From positions 2,412,255-2,476,254 of the forward strand of contig OZ251486.1 in NCBI GenBank assembly GCA_965242705.1: a stretch of DNA of 64,000 nt, given 5' to 3'. Source of the DNA: Bryobacterales bacterium. GTDB lineage: Bacteria > Acidobacteriota > Terriglobia > Bryobacterales > UBA6623. Below the pieces are notes generated by a model that was not told the origin of the DNA, did no database searches, and worked only from the letters and a program-made list of their open reading frames with translations. Made by a program: the position numbers and the translations under genes. Shown here in pieces: positions 9,328 through 19,487 of the stretch (within the stretch, counting starts at the first letter, position 1; the number at the start of each line of letters is the position of its first letter).

Positions 9328-10629
9328 ATGATGCGTAGGACCATGAAGTACCTGCCCGCCCTTGCACTGCTGTGCCTCCCGGCGGCCGCAAAAGCCCAGG
9401 ATGGCGTGGACAGCGGAGACAACGCCTGGCTGTTGGTCAGTTCCGCCCTCGTCCTGATGATGACCGGGCCGGGGCTCGCCCTCTTTTACGGCGGGCTGGT
9501 GCGCAAGAAAAACGTGCTCAACACGATGATGCAGTCGTTCGCCATGATGGCCTGGATCACCGTGCTCTGGGCCATTTACGGCTACAGCCTCGCCTTCAGC
9601 AGCGGCAACGCCTTCATCGGCGGCTTCGAGTACCTGTTTCTCAACGGCGTCGGACAGGAAGCGAGCGGCTCGATCTCGCACCTGACCTTCATGGTCTTCC
9701 AGTTGATGTTCGCCATCATTACGCCCGCGCTGATTACCGGCGCGTTCGCCGAACGAATGCGCTTCGTCGGCATGCTCGTCTTCATGACGCTGTGGATCAC
9801 CTTCGTGTACTTCCCCATGGCGCATATGGTCTGGGGTCCGGGCGGGCTGATGAACGCCTTCGACGGCGGCGCCATTCCCTGCCTCGACTTCGCCGGCGGC
9901 ACCGTCGTGCATATTTCCTCCGGCGTATCCGCGCTCGTGGCCGCTCTGTACATCGGCAAGCGGCACGGCTACGCCCATGAACCGATGATTCCGCATAACC
10001 TCGTGCTGGCCTTCATCGGCGCCTGCCTGCTGTGGGTCGGCTGGTTCGGCTTCAACGCCGGCAGCGCCCTGGCCGCCAACGGACTGGCCGCGGCGGCCTT
10101 CGTCAACACCCATTTCGCCGCAGCCGCCGCGGTCATCGGCTGGCTCGCCACCGAATGGTGGCGCGACGGCAAGCCCAGCATCCTCGGCGGCATCACCGGC
10201 GCCGTCGCCGGCCTGGTCGCCATCACCCCCGCATCCGGTTTCGTCACTCCCATGGCCGCGCTCCTCATCGGCCTGATCGCCGGCGCCGTCTGCTATATCT
10301 GCGTGGCCATGGTCAAGGCCAAATTCGGCTACGACGATTCGCTCGACGCATTCGGCGTCCACGGCGTGGGCGGCACGCTCGGAGCCATCCTTACCGGAGT
10401 CTTCGCCAGCAACAGCGTGCAGGAAGGCTCCACCGGCCTGGTCGAAGGCAACGCCGGCCAGTTCGTCAACAATTTCCTCGGCGCCCTGCTCACCTGGGTG
10501 CTGGCCGGCGCCGCGACCTTTGTCCTGCTGAAAATCACCGACAAACTCGTCGGTTTGCGCGTCATGAAGGCCGAGGAGATCATCGGTCTCGACATCGCCG
10601 AGCAAGGCGAAGAAGCCTACACTTCGTGA
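9328..10629 (+). CDS. amtB: ammonium transporter
   Basis: 'GLALFYGGLVRKKNVLNTMMQS', 'FQLMFAIITPALITGAFAER', 'DFAGGTVVHISSG', 'LLWVGWFGFNAGS', 'DDSLDAFGVHGVGG'. Confidence 0.97.
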   Translation: MMRRTMKYLPALALLCLPAAAKAQDGVDSGDNAWLLVSSALVLMMTGPGLALFYGGLVRKKNVLNTMMQSFAMMAWITVLWAIYGYSLAFSSGNAFIGGFEYLFLNGVGQEASGSISHLTFMVFQLMFAIITPALITGAFAERMRFVGMLVFMTLWITFVYFPMAHMVWGPGGLMNAFDGGAIPCLDFAGGTVVHISSGVSALVAALYIGKRHGYAHEPMIPHNLVLAFIGACLLWVGWFGFNAGSALAANGLAAAAFVNTHFAAAAAVIGWLATEWWRDGKPSILGGITGAVAGLVAITPASGFVTPMAALLIGLIAGAVCYICVAMVKAKFGYDDSLDAFGVHGVGGTLGAILTGVFASNSVQEGSTGLVEGNAGQFVNNFLGALLTWVLAGAATFVLLKITDKLVGLRVMKAEEIIGLDIAEQGEEAYTS

Positions 10630-10671
10630 CGATGTCCTCTGCTAACCTCATGCAAGGAAGGAACTGAAGGA

Positions 10672-11010
10672 ATGAAGAAAATCGAAGCTGTGATCCAGCC
10701 TTTCAAACTCGACGACGTGCGCGAAGCCCTCAAGAGCATCGGCATCGACGGCATGACCATCTACGACGTGCGCGGCCACGGCCGCCAGAAAGGCCACAAA
10801 GAGGTTTACCGCGGGCAGGAATACGAGGTGGATCTGCTGCCCAAGGTGAAGATCGAAACCGTCATCCCCGACGACCGCGCGGAAGAAACCATTCAGGCGA
10901 TCGTCGAAGCCGCCCGCACCGGCAAAATCGGCGACGGCAAGGTCTTTATCTTCAACGTCGCCGAAGCGGTGCGCATCCGCAACAGCGAAAAAGACGCCGC
11001 CGCGCTCTAA
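10672..11010 (+). CDS. glnK: nitrogen regulatory protein P-II (GlnB/GlnK)
   Basis: 112 aa; 'GRQKGHKEVYRGQEY', 'TGKIGDGKVF'. Named glnK by linkage to amtB. Confidence 0.95.
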   Translation: MKKIEAVIQPFKLDDVREALKSIGIDGMTIYDVRGHGRQKGHKEVYRGQEYEVDLLPKVKIETVIPDDRAEETIQAIVEAARTGKIGDGKVFIFNVAEAVRIRNSEKDAAAL

Positions 11011-11154
11011 AGCGGCGCATACGAAATCACCGCGCTCGACCCATCGAGCGCTTCTCCCGGCGCCAAGACCGCGCCGGGCCGCCGGACAAGTGCGCTTCCC
11101 TGTCGAAGCGGTAACTCCCGCCAGCGGACCGCGCAGGGAATTTCGGGTACGCAC

Positions 11155-13731
11155 ATGTCTGACCTCTCCACGTATCACCTCCAGCAAATGGAGAGCGTCA
11201 ACTCCGCGTTCTTCCAGTCCGGCGACGGGCTCGGCGTCATCGGCCGGCGCACTCTGGCCGTCGATGAAATCGTCAAGGGGCGCTTCGCCGAAGCCTTCGA
11301 AGGCGCCGCGCCGGGCGTGGCCGCCGCGGCCGTCGGCGGCTACGGCCGTAAACAGCTTTTCCCCTACTCCGACGTCGACCTTCTCCTGCTGGTCAAAGAC
11401 AACGGCGGCGCCGCGAAAAACAAGGAACGCATCGCCCGCCTGCTGACCGATCTATGGGATTCGCAACTCCGCGTCTCCCAGTCGGTGCGCACGCCCGCCG
11501 ACTGCGCCAACCTCACGGCCGACAATACCGAGCTGCATATCAGCCTCCTCGATACGCGCTTCCTCTGCGGCGACGAAGGCTTTTTTCGCGAGTTCGCCGC
11601 GGTCAAGCTCCCCAGGTTCTACCTGCGCGAGCAAAAAGCGCTGGTCCGCGCCCTCGTGGACTCGGCGCGCAATCGCTGGCGCGCCTTCGGCAATACGATC
11701 TATCACCTCGAACCCAACGTCAAGGAAGGGCCGGGCGGGCTGCGCGATTTCCAATTGGCCTGCTGGCTCACCCAGCTCGAAAACGTATCGCCCGACAAAA
11801 TCCCTCTGAGCCGCGAGTTCCTGCCTCCCGACCACGACCGGCGCGTGGACGAAGCCATGCGCTTCCTCTTCGCCCTGCGCTGCTACCTGCACTATTTCAA
11901 CGGCCGCGACAAAAACCACCTCTCCTTCGACCTGCAGGAGACAATCGCCCACGAAGGCTGCGGCAAAGCGTTCGCCGCAACGCAAGGCGCGGCGGACTGG
12001 ATGCGCGAGTTCTTTCGCAACGTCCGCGTCATCGATCGCCTCGCCGCGCGCACCGTGGACGAATACGCCGCCTCCCACGGCAGCCTGTTCCATATCTTCC
12101 GCGGCCGCAAATCGAAATTCTCCAACCGCCATTTCAGCGTCAGCAACGGAAAAATCTTCTGGCGCGGCGCGCAGCAACTGGAAGCCGCCCCTGAACTCGG
12201 CCTGGAAATTTTCGTTTTCATGGCGCGCCGCGGCCTGCCGCTCGCCGCCGGAACGGAACGCCGCATCGAAACCCGGCTTCCCGCCCTCCGCGCCTACCTC
12301 GACTCCCATGGCCCGCATTGGCCCGCCCTGCGCGAAATCCTGCTCGCGCCCTACGCCTACGAAGCCCTGCGCGCCATGCGCGAAACCGGCGTACTCTTCG
12401 AGTTGCTGCCCGCCTTCAAACTCGTCGATTGCCTGGTCATCCGCGATTTCTACCACCGCTATACGGTGGACGAGCACATCCTGGTCACCATCCGCGTGCT
12501 CAAAACCCTCAAAGCCAACGGCGACGAGCGCGACAACCGCTTCGCCCGGCTGCTCGAAGAAATCGACCGCCCGGAACTGCTCTATTTCGCCCTGTTGTTC
12601 CACGACCTCGGCAAGGGAGTCCAGGGCCGCGACCATTCCGAAGCCGGCGTCGATCTCGCCCGCGAAGCCATGGACCGCATCGGCCTCGCCGACCCATCCG
12701 ACCGCGAAACCGTTTCCTTTCTGATCCGCGAGCATCTGGCCATGTCCGCGGTCATGACCAAGCGCGACATCGGCGAGGCCGAAACGCTCGAAAACTTCAA
12801 AGAGCGCGTCGGCGCCGTCGAAAGACTGAAAATGCTCGCCGTGCTGACCTTCGCCGACACCAGCGGGGTCAACCCGCGGGCCATGAGCGCCTGGAGAAAA
12901 GACCTGCTCTGGCAGCTCTACCTGCGCACGCACCACGTCTTCACCCGCGACCTCGAAGACAAACGCATCGAGCCCGACCGCGAAGAACTGCTGCTCGGCC
13001 TGGCCGGCGACCCGGGCGAAGGACGCGACCTGCGCGCCTTCCTGAAAGGCTTTCCCTACCGCTACCTGCGCACGCACGCCCCCGAGCAAATCTACCGGCA
13101 CTACGCCCTGAGCCGCGAACTGCCCCCGCAAGGCGCGGCCATCGGCATCCGCAACGTGCATGGCCACTACGAAATCGTGGCCATCGCCTGGGACCGCCCG
13201 TTTCTTTTCGCCTCGCTGTGCGGCGCGATCTCCGGCTTCGGACTGAACATCGAAAAAGCCGAAGCCTTCGCCAACGACGGCGGCGTCGTTCTCGATACGT
13301 TCCGCGTGTCGCTATCGGAAAACATCGGCGGAGCCGACCTGCAGGAAAGCGAAATCGCCCAACTCAAAAAAAACCTGCGCCGAGTCGCCGACGGCCGCGC
13401 CAACGCGGAAGAGCTTCTCCGGCGGCGCCGCGCCCTCGGCAGCCGCCGCAGAGTGTTCATCGAACCGCAAGTCTCCTGCGACAACGAGACCTCGACCCGC
13501 GCAACCATCTTCAACGTGACCGCCGCCGACCGCGCCGGGCTGCTCTTCGATTTGGCCGCGCTCTTCTCGCAGCACGAATGCGACATCGACGTGGTTTTGA
13601 TCGATACGCGCGGCCACCGCGCCTTCGATGTCTTCTATGTGCGCGGCCCCGGCGGCAAGCTCAGCGAATCGAACTGCGAAACCCTCTGCGAAGAGCTTCG
13701 CGGCGCCTGCCTGGCGCGCCCGGCCGCTTAA
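11155..13731 (+). CDS. glnD: PII uridylyltransferase/uridylyl-removing enzyme
   Basis: 'AVGGYGR..LFPYSDVDLLLL', 'EPNVKEGPGGLRD', 'YHRYTVDEH', HD motif 'LFHDLGKG', two C-terminal ACT domains. Confidence 0.95.
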   Translation: MSDLSTYHLQQMESVNSAFFQSGDGLGVIGRRTLAVDEIVKGRFAEAFEGAAPGVAAAAVGGYGRKQLFPYSDVDLLLLVKDNGGAAKNKERIARLLTDLWDSQLRVSQSVRTPADCANLTADNTELHISLLDTRFLCGDEGFFREFAAVKLPRFYLREQKALVRALVDSARNRWRAFGNTIYHLEPNVKEGPGGLRDFQLACWLTQLENVSPDKIPLSREFLPPDHDRRVDEAMRFLFALRCYLHYFNGRDKNHLSFDLQETIAHEGCGKAFAATQGAADWMREFFRNVRVIDRLAARTVDEYAASHGSLFHIFRGRKSKFSNRHFSVSNGKIFWRGAQQLEAAPELGLEIFVFMARRGLPLAAGTERRIETRLPALRAYLDSHGPHWPALREILLAPYAYEALRAMRETGVLFELLPAFKLVDCLVIRDFYHRYTVDEHILVTIRVLKTLKANGDERDNRFARLLEEIDRPELLYFALLFHDLGKGVQGRDHSEAGVDLAREAMDRIGLADPSDRETVSFLIREHLAMSAVMTKRDIGEAETLENFKERVGAVERLKMLAVLTFADTSGVNPRAMSAWRKDLLWQLYLRTHHVFTRDLEDKRIEPDREELLLGLAGDPGEGRDLRAFLKGFPYRYLRTHAPEQIYRHYALSRELPPQGAAIGIRNVHGHYEIVAIAWDRPFLFASLCGAISGFGLNIEKAEAFANDGGVVLDTFRVSLSENIGGADLQESEIAQLKKNLRRVADGRANAEELLRRRRALGSRRRVFIEPQVSCDNETSTRATIFNVTAADRAGLLFDLAALFSQHECDIDVVLIDTRGHRAFDVFYVRGPGGKLSESNCETLCEELRGACLARPAA

Positions 13732-14603
13732 TCTGCGCGGCCCCGCTGATCGTCGGCGCGGTAAATGCGATCGACCGCGGCGGCCGCGAACTTCACCGAG
13801 CGCGGCTCCGCAACGCGCAGGATATGCGCTCCCTCCGCCGCGGCCAACGCCGCCGCCGCCGCCAAGCCCGCCTGCCGTTCCGCTTCCCCCGCGCGCATCG
13901 ACCCCAGCAGAAAACGGATGTCCGTCAAATTCGCCTGAATGCCCTGCCCCGCCGCCGCAAGCCGGCGCAACCCCTTCAGCAAATCGAAATTTTCGTCCGC
14001 CGGCCGGCCCTGCCCCATGCCCGAGTCGAGTACGACCCGCCGCCGGTCGATGCCCGCCCGGCGGGCGCGGAGCAGCGACGCCTGCAGCGCCTTGCCCACC
14101 GTTTCGACCAAATTCGCCGGCGCCGCCTGATCGCGGCGCTCCTCGGCGTCCCCGCCCGCGCGCCCCAAAATCAAGGCCGCGTCCGAATCGTTGACCGTTC
14201 GCGCAAGCTGCGGATCGAAAGTCAGCCCGCCGGCGTCGTAAACCGCGTCCGCCCCCAGATCGATCGCCCGCCGCGCGGTTTCGGCGTTCGGAGTCGTTAC
14301 GATCAGCGGCGCCCGCAGCCGCTGCCTCGCCTTCCTCAGCGCCGGAACCAACAGCGGCAACTCGTCGTCCGGACGGGGCCGCCCGACGGACGGATGCGCG
14401 AGACCCGGGTCCAGTTCGATGAAGTCCGCGCCTTCCGCCTCCAACCGCTGCCCCGCGTCCGCGATCTTCTCCGCGTCCGCGCGCTCGCCGTCCGCAGCCG
14501 CGAACGAAACGAGCCGCATCGAGGCGCAAAGCAAGGTGCGCACTCCCAGGGTCGTCTCCCCGCCCCGAATCCTCCACACCTGTTTATTTCTCTGAAACGA
14601 CAA
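13728..14603 (-). CDS. dihydropteroate synthase (FolP)-like protein with degenerate active site
   Basis: Pterin-binding barrel layout ('AEGADFIEL', 'GGLTFDPQLA', 'VVLDSGMGQG', 'GAHILRV') but lacks the LNxTPDSFSDGG, SIDT, IND, SRK and RVHD motifs. Confidence 0.7.
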   Translation of the reverse strand: MSFQRNKQVWRIRGGETTLGVRTLLCASMRLVSFAAADGERADAEKIADAGQRLEAEGADFIELDPGLAHPSVGRPRPDDELPLLVPALRKARQRLRAPLIVTTPNAETARRAIDLGADAVYDAGGLTFDPQLARTVNDSDAALILGRAGGDAEERRDQAAPANLVETVGKALQASLLRARRAGIDRRRVVLDSGMGQGRPADENFDLLKGLRRLAAAGQGIQANLTDIRFLLGSMRAGEAERQAGLAAAAALAAAEGAHILRVAEPRSVKFAAAAVDRIYRADDQRGRAD

Positions 14604-14610
14604 GGCGCGG

Positions 14611-15468
14611 TTATCCGAACTCGAAACCCGCGGCGGCGTATAGATATTCGGGATGCGCCGCGCCGAACGGCGGCGCGCCCTCGTCCTCCAACGCCATGCG
14701 CGTCAAACGGCGGTGCGGCTGAAACCCGAAACGCCGGGCCAGGCGCGCAGCCGGCGCATTCGCGGGCAGCAAGTCCCAGAATACAGCTTCTCCGGCTCGC
14801 TCCGCCAAAAACGCGCTCACCAACCTGCCCGCCGCCGCCTCGCCGCGAGCCGCGCAGGGACCCAGAAACCACGCCTCCGACCCCGGCCGGCCCAGCAGAT
14901 AGCCCTCTCCGTCCGCGAAACCGACGCCGCCCTCCGCCGCCGCCAACGCAGCGAGCAGCGCGCCGCGGTCCGCGCCGAAAGCAAGCCGGTCCAGCTCCCG
15001 GCATGCATCGAGCCGCGCGGGGCCGAGCGGACAATCGGTTCGAGACGGCCGGACGCCTGCTTTGAGGCGATCCCGGCTGCTCGGCCGGCGCAGCCGGCGA
15101 TCGATCGGCTGCTCATCGACGAACCCAAGCTGCCGATAGAGCGGCAATCCCATATCCGAGGCGTCGAGCTTGATGCGCCGCGCGCCCCGGCCGCGCAGCC
15201 AGGCAAGAGCATGACGCATCAGGCCGCGGGCGATCCCTTGCCGGCGGCGCTCGGGCGCAACGAGCACCATGCCGACCCAGGCCGCCTCCGCGCCGTAACG
15301 CAGCGCCGTCGCCGTGCCCGCCGCCTCGCCGCCCCGCTCATCGACGAAACAGCCCTCCGGCTCCAAAGCAAGCAGGCGCGCCCAATCCGCGGGCGTCTGA
15401 TTCCAGCCCGCCGCTTCCTTCAGCCGCATCGCGCCGGGAACGTCCTCCGGCGTCATCGCGCGGATCAT
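14611..15468 (-). CDS. GNAT family N-acetyltransferase (YitH-like two-domain)
   Basis: 'AAGWNQTPADW', 'WVGMVLVAPERRRQGIARGLM', 'LDASDMGLPLYRQLGF'; ATGA overlap with the upstream gene. Confidence 0.85.
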   Translation of the reverse strand: MIRAMTPEDVPGAMRLKEAAGWNQTPADWARLLALEPEGCFVDERGGEAAGTATALRYGAEAAWVGMVLVAPERRRQGIARGLMRHALAWLRGRGARRIKLDASDMGLPLYRQLGFVDEQPIDRRLRRPSSRDRLKAGVRPSRTDCPLGPARLDACRELDRLAFGADRGALLAALAAAEGGVGFADGEGYLLGRPGSEAWFLGPCAARGEAAAGRLVSAFLAERAGEAVFWDLLPANAPAARLARRFGFQPHRRLTRMALEDEGAPPFGAAHPEYLYAAAGFEFG

Positions 15469-16115
15469 GCCCTCCGCCCCCTCTGCTTGCGGTAAACCAG
15501 CAACCCCGCGGCGAAGAGCGCGGCGGCCGCGGCGATCCACGCCATCGCAAGGTAATTCCCCGCATAGGCCTGCGCGCCGAAAAGCGTGCTCAAAAACAGC
15601 GCCGGAGCCCGCGCCGTCATGCTGATCGCCGCGAATTCCCAAAAGCCGAAACTCGTCAGGCCGGCCGCGTACGACATGGCGTCTTTGGGCATGCCCGGCA
15701 GCAGGAACAACACGAACAAGGCCATCCTGCCTCTGTCGCTGCGCAGCCGCGCATCGATTCGCGCCAACCGCTCGGAGCCCACAATCCGCGCCGTGAACGG
15801 CCTGCCGGCAATCCGCGCAAAACCGTAATCGAAAGCCGAGCCGAGCGCGATGCCGGCGGCGGCGTAAAGAAACCCCCGGTACGGGCCGAATACGTACCCC
15901 GCGGCGATCTGCGTCACCTCGCCCGGAATGGCGAAAATCACCACCTGAGCGAACTGGATCGCCACGCACAACAGCGGGCCGCGAACGCCGCCGCTGCGCA
16001 TCCATGCCGTGATCCGCTCGGGGTCGGCCAAATCGGCCGCCAAACCGCTGCGCCATGCTGCATAAAACGCGGCGCCCAGCGCAAGCGCCGCCGCCGCGGC
16101 CGTCAATCGCTTCAT
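15465..16115 (-). CDS. TVP38/TMEM64 (VTT/DedA) membrane protein
   Basis: 'QVVIFAIPGEVTQIAAGYVFG', 'LFLLPGMPKDAMSYAAGLT'. Confidence 0.88.
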   Translation of the reverse strand: MKRLTAAAAALALGAAFYAAWRSGLAADLADPERITAWMRSGGVRGPLLCVAIQFAQVVIFAIPGEVTQIAAGYVFGPYRGFLYAAAGIALGSAFDYGFARIAGRPFTARIVGSERLARIDARLRSDRGRMALFVLFLLPGMPKDAMSYAAGLTSFGFWEFAAISMTARAPALFLSTLFGAQAYAGNYLAMAWIAAAAALFAAGLLVYRKQRGRRA

Positions 16116-16179
16116 TCGCTCGCAAGCCGCCGCGCCGCGCCGCGCGGAGCCGCCCCGCATTTCCCGTATTCTATCCCTG

Positions 16180-16821
16180 ATGCCCTGGCCCGCGGTAATC
16201 CTGCACGAGCCGATGACGGTGCTTACCGATTTCATCCTGGCGGCGCTGTCGGCCGGGTGGGCGCGGCGCCTCGCTCAATCGGGGAAAACCGGCCCCTCTA
16301 CCGCGGGCGGCAATTGGACATGGGCGCTGGCCGCTTCGGCCGCGGCGGCGTTTTTCGGCGGCGTCAGCCACGGCTTCCCGGCGCTGCCCCAGCCGCTCCC
16401 CCGGCTGCTCTGGAAATCCGTGCAGACCGCCATCGGCCTGGCTGCCTTTTTCACCGTCCGCGCAACCGCGCTGAGCAGGCTCCCGCCGCGCGCTTCCCGC
16501 GCGGCGCTGCGCATCGCAGCCGCGCAACTCGCCATCTACCTGGCCTGGATCGCGTACTACGACGACTTCATCTACTCCATCGTCGATTACGGCGCCGCCT
16601 TCGTCTTCGCCCTCGCCGCGCACCTGCCCGCGGCGCTGCGCCGCGCCGACCCCGCGGCGCGCGCCGTCGCCGGCGGCATCGTCGTCTGCTTCGCCGGAGC
16701 GGCGATCCAGGCCGCCGGAATCGCCCCGCACACCCACTTCAACCACAACGACCTCTACCACGTCATCCAGATGCTCGGAACCTGGCTCATCTACCGCGGC
16801 GCGCGTGCGCAAAACCCCTGA
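16180..16821 (+). CDS. integral membrane protein (DUF6962-like)
   Basis: About 7 TM segments; 'HEPMTVLTD', 'GGVSHGF', 'HFNHNDLYHVIQM'. Confidence 0.65.
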   Translation: MPWPAVILHEPMTVLTDFILAALSAGWARRLAQSGKTGPSTAGGNWTWALAASAAAAFFGGVSHGFPALPQPLPRLLWKSVQTAIGLAAFFTVRATALSRLPPRASRAALRIAAAQLAIYLAWIAYYDDFIYSIVDYGAAFVFALAAHLPAALRRADPAARAVAGGIVVCFAGAAIQAAGIAPHTHFNHNDLYHVIQMLGTWLIYRGARAQNP

Positions 16822-17058
16822 AACGCCTGTGCTTTCATGATGGCTGGAGAAACCCCATGGCAACGCTTGGCTCGCGCCGTCCAACACTTGATAAAAATCG
16901 AATCCGGGGGTGTTTAGGCATTGGGTGCGGGAAATCAATGAATTCCGCAAAAAGATGGCGAAGCTCATCGGAAAAAACCGCGGACCATCTTGTCTCGGTC
17001 GCCTGCCGTCGGATCGACCCGCGTCAACGCTGGTTGCATTCCTTTGAATTCCAGAAGG

Positions 17059-18651
17059 TCAAGTGCGCAGCCGGATGCTTGCGGAGCCGGGCAATGGTTC
17101 CCAGGGCAGGCTGCCGTCGCAGCGGCCGCGGTAGTACGGGTCGATGTCGTCCACCCGAACCGCAACGCGGGCGGGCGTTCGCTGCAAAGCGCCGCCGTCG
17201 ATGATCGAAACGGCTGTGACCCGCCCCGGCGCGAACTTGTGCCAAGCGTCGAAGCCGGTGTTCGCTGCCCCGTCGGCGGGCCGCGGAAAATCGAACTGCA
17301 AGGTCCGGGCGTCCACGCGCTTGCGCAAACCCTGGTAGTACCACGACTGCGCGACCAACTCGCCCTGACGCGGAGAGCCGCGGAACGCGGGGCGCAGGCG
17401 CAGGGCGGCGATTTCCATCTGCGCCAGCGAGGTGCCGGTCGAGAAACCGGCAAAGCCGCCTTCGGTATGCGCAAGGGTTCGCCCGCGGCGGCGGAGAGTT
17501 GCCCCGAAGCCGAGCGGGCTCACGAATGCGTCCACCTCGCCGGCCTTCGTCGGGTAGCCGAAAACTTCCCGTCCGAACTCCGCGCCCGAGGTTGAAGGCT
17601 TCAGGTGCGAGACGGCGTACCAGACCGCGCGGTTGTCGAGCAGGCAATAGGCCAGCAGCCAAGCCTCGTCCAGCGCGGGATTGTCGAGGCCGCGCTGAAC
17701 AAAGATTTTCAGCAACGGCCTGAGCGTTGCCCTGCAGCCGGGCGGCAGCAGCGCGGCGTGCCGTTCGGGGTTGACGGTGACCTCGACCTCAATGATGGTG
17801 ACGCCTTCGGCAACGGTTTCCCGCCGGCCGCGGTACGCCTCGATCTCCCGCGCCTCGGCCCGCGAGCGGATGCGCCCCGGCGACGGCGGAACAAACCCTA
17901 GTGCGCCGCCGGCATAAGTCCGAAAGGCGAACGGCTCGAACGCCGCGGCGGGAACCGCCTCGACGAACTCCGGCGACGGCGGCGCGTCCGCCGGCTGTCC
18001 GCCGCGGACGGCAACGGCAACCGGCTTCGATACGCCGAGCAGGGAAAATGCGCCGCCGAACGTTCCAGAGATGGCGGCCGCCTCGACCGGAAGCGTTTTC
18101 CAACCTGCATCCGAGCCTCCGATGAGGCGCCGCAACTCGACCGGCGCCTGCGCGTCGAGGGGGCCCCGGCGCCAATCCGGATGCAACAGACAGCGGTAGG
18201 TCAATACGGGCAGGCGCTGCGCGGCGGCGGGGGACGGCTCGGCATTGCCGCCGATCGCGGCTTGGAACAGTTCGGTTCCGCCGACCCGCAGGCTGAAGAC
18301 GCCGCCGCCAATTGTGAAGGCGCCGGCAAACGCCGGCAGGCCGAGAAATTCGCGGGCGGCGCGCAGCGCGAACGGGTTGGCGAGCCGGACGGCCAACGGC
18401 AGCAGGCACTTTTCGCCCCGCAAATCGACAACCGCGGCGAGCCGGCACTGCGCGCCGCCGTCCGGTCGGTTGTCGAACTCGATGACCGCGCGCCCCGGCT
18501 CGATCGGCCGCAGCGGAGGGGGAACCACTTGGCGCAGCTTGTCCGCATCCGCTGCGAACCGCAGCCGCAGCGCCGACCATTCCCTCGCGGCGGCCGCCGG
18601 CGGCAGCGCGGCGGCGGCCGCCGCGCCCATGAACTGACGCCGATCGAACAT
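17059..18651 (-). CDS. Tat-exported tandem acetoacetate-decarboxylase-like domain protein
   Basis: 'DRRQF' twin-arginine signal; two ADC-like units ('VVPPPLRP...AREFLGLP' and 'LLPPG...GREVFGYPTK'). Confidence 0.6.
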   Translation of the reverse strand: MFDRRQFMGAAAAAALPPAAAAREWSALRLRFAADADKLRQVVPPPLRPIEPGRAVIEFDNRPDGGAQCRLAAVVDLRGEKCLLPLAVRLANPFALRAAREFLGLPAFAGAFTIGGGVFSLRVGGTELFQAAIGGNAEPSPAAAQRLPVLTYRCLLHPDWRRGPLDAQAPVELRRLIGGSDAGWKTLPVEAAAISGTFGGAFSLLGVSKPVAVAVRGGQPADAPPSPEFVEAVPAAAFEPFAFRTYAGGALGFVPPSPGRIRSRAEAREIEAYRGRRETVAEGVTIIEVEVTVNPERHAALLPPGCRATLRPLLKIFVQRGLDNPALDEAWLLAYCLLDNRAVWYAVSHLKPSTSGAEFGREVFGYPTKAGEVDAFVSPLGFGATLRRRGRTLAHTEGGFAGFSTGTSLAQMEIAALRLRPAFRGSPRQGELVAQSWYYQGLRKRVDARTLQFDFPRPADGAANTGFDAWHKFAPGRVTAVSIIDGGALQRTPARVAVRVDDIDPYYRGRCDGSLPWEPLPGSASIRLRT

Positions 18652-18775
18652 GAGCACTCAGTTTCGCACGGTCGGGGCGGAGAATCTGCGCAAAGGGGAA
18701 ACGGCGCAGCCGATCCGACAATGCCGACGGCGCCGCGTCCGCTAAGATGGATGCATACGAAGCGGGAGGAATCAC

Positions 18776-19042
18776 GTGCCCATCGGTCAGGAATTGCTGG
18801 AAATCCTTTGTTGCCCCAAGTCGAAGGTTCCCGTCGAGATGATGAGCGGGGAGCAGGTTGCCCGTCTGAACGCTCTTGTCGAGGCTGGAAAGGTCTGTTA
18901 CTCCGACGGCGCCGCCGTGGAGGAACCGTTCGCTGAAGGACTGATCACCACTGACGGCAGGACGATTTACCGCATCGACGACGATATCCCCGTGATGCTC
19001 ATTGACCGCTCGATCGCCGCCGGAGAACTGGAAGGCTTTTGA
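18776..19042 (+). CDS. Trm112-like protein
   Basis: 'LLEILCCPKSK...YRIDDDIPVMLID'; GGAGG SD upstream. Confidence 0.85.
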   Translation: MPIGQELLEILCCPKSKVPVEMMSGEQVARLNALVEAGKVCYSDGAAVEEPFAEGLITTDGRTIYRIDDDIPVMLIDRSIAAGELEGF

Positions 19043-19070
19043 CGGACAATCGGGGCGCGGCGGGTGCGGC

Positions 19071-19175
19071 CAATCCGTCGATTTTCGGCCGTGAGGCTTC
19101 AATGAAGCGAACATGGGCGCACAAAGTGAACAAACTTTAAGCCTTTTTCTACATGAAACCCGTCATGCTTGACGC
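19071..19175 (-). repeat. dispersed intergenic repeat, copy B (inverted, shortened)
   Basis: Reverse complement reads 'CGTCAAGCATGACGGGTTTCATGTAGAAAAAGGCTT...CCGAAAATCGACGGAT'. Confidence 0.7.
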
Positions 19176-19209
19176 CGCCGCCTTGACGCCGCCGCCTTGA
19201 CGCCGCCGC
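19168..19209. repeat. 3 x 14-bp tandem repeat CTTGACGCCGCCGC
   Basis: Seen directly. Confidence 0.9.
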
Positions 19210-19487
19210 CGGGGACGCTGTGCGCCAGTGGACAGTGAATCGTGGTTCGTGGATAGCGGGCGGCGCCCGGCGAACACACTGCGCCGAGCAAGCTCGCCGC
19301 AGAAAATCGACGGATGCGTTCGACCCGCGACTCGTGACCCGCCGACTCGCGGCCGCCGCGAGAAACGCGGCCCCCCTTGCTCTCCGCCGTCCGCGTCTGC
19401 TATCTTCAAGTTTGACGGCGTTGCGCCCGTCCGCCATCGCGTTAGGAGCAGTTTCCCTTAGAAATCATCGAAACCGGGAACCTTACC

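Noticed and set aside
16830-17055. Lower-GC intergenic stretch as a gene remnant or ncRNA
   Set aside because: No convincing ORF, repeat or structure that I can support.
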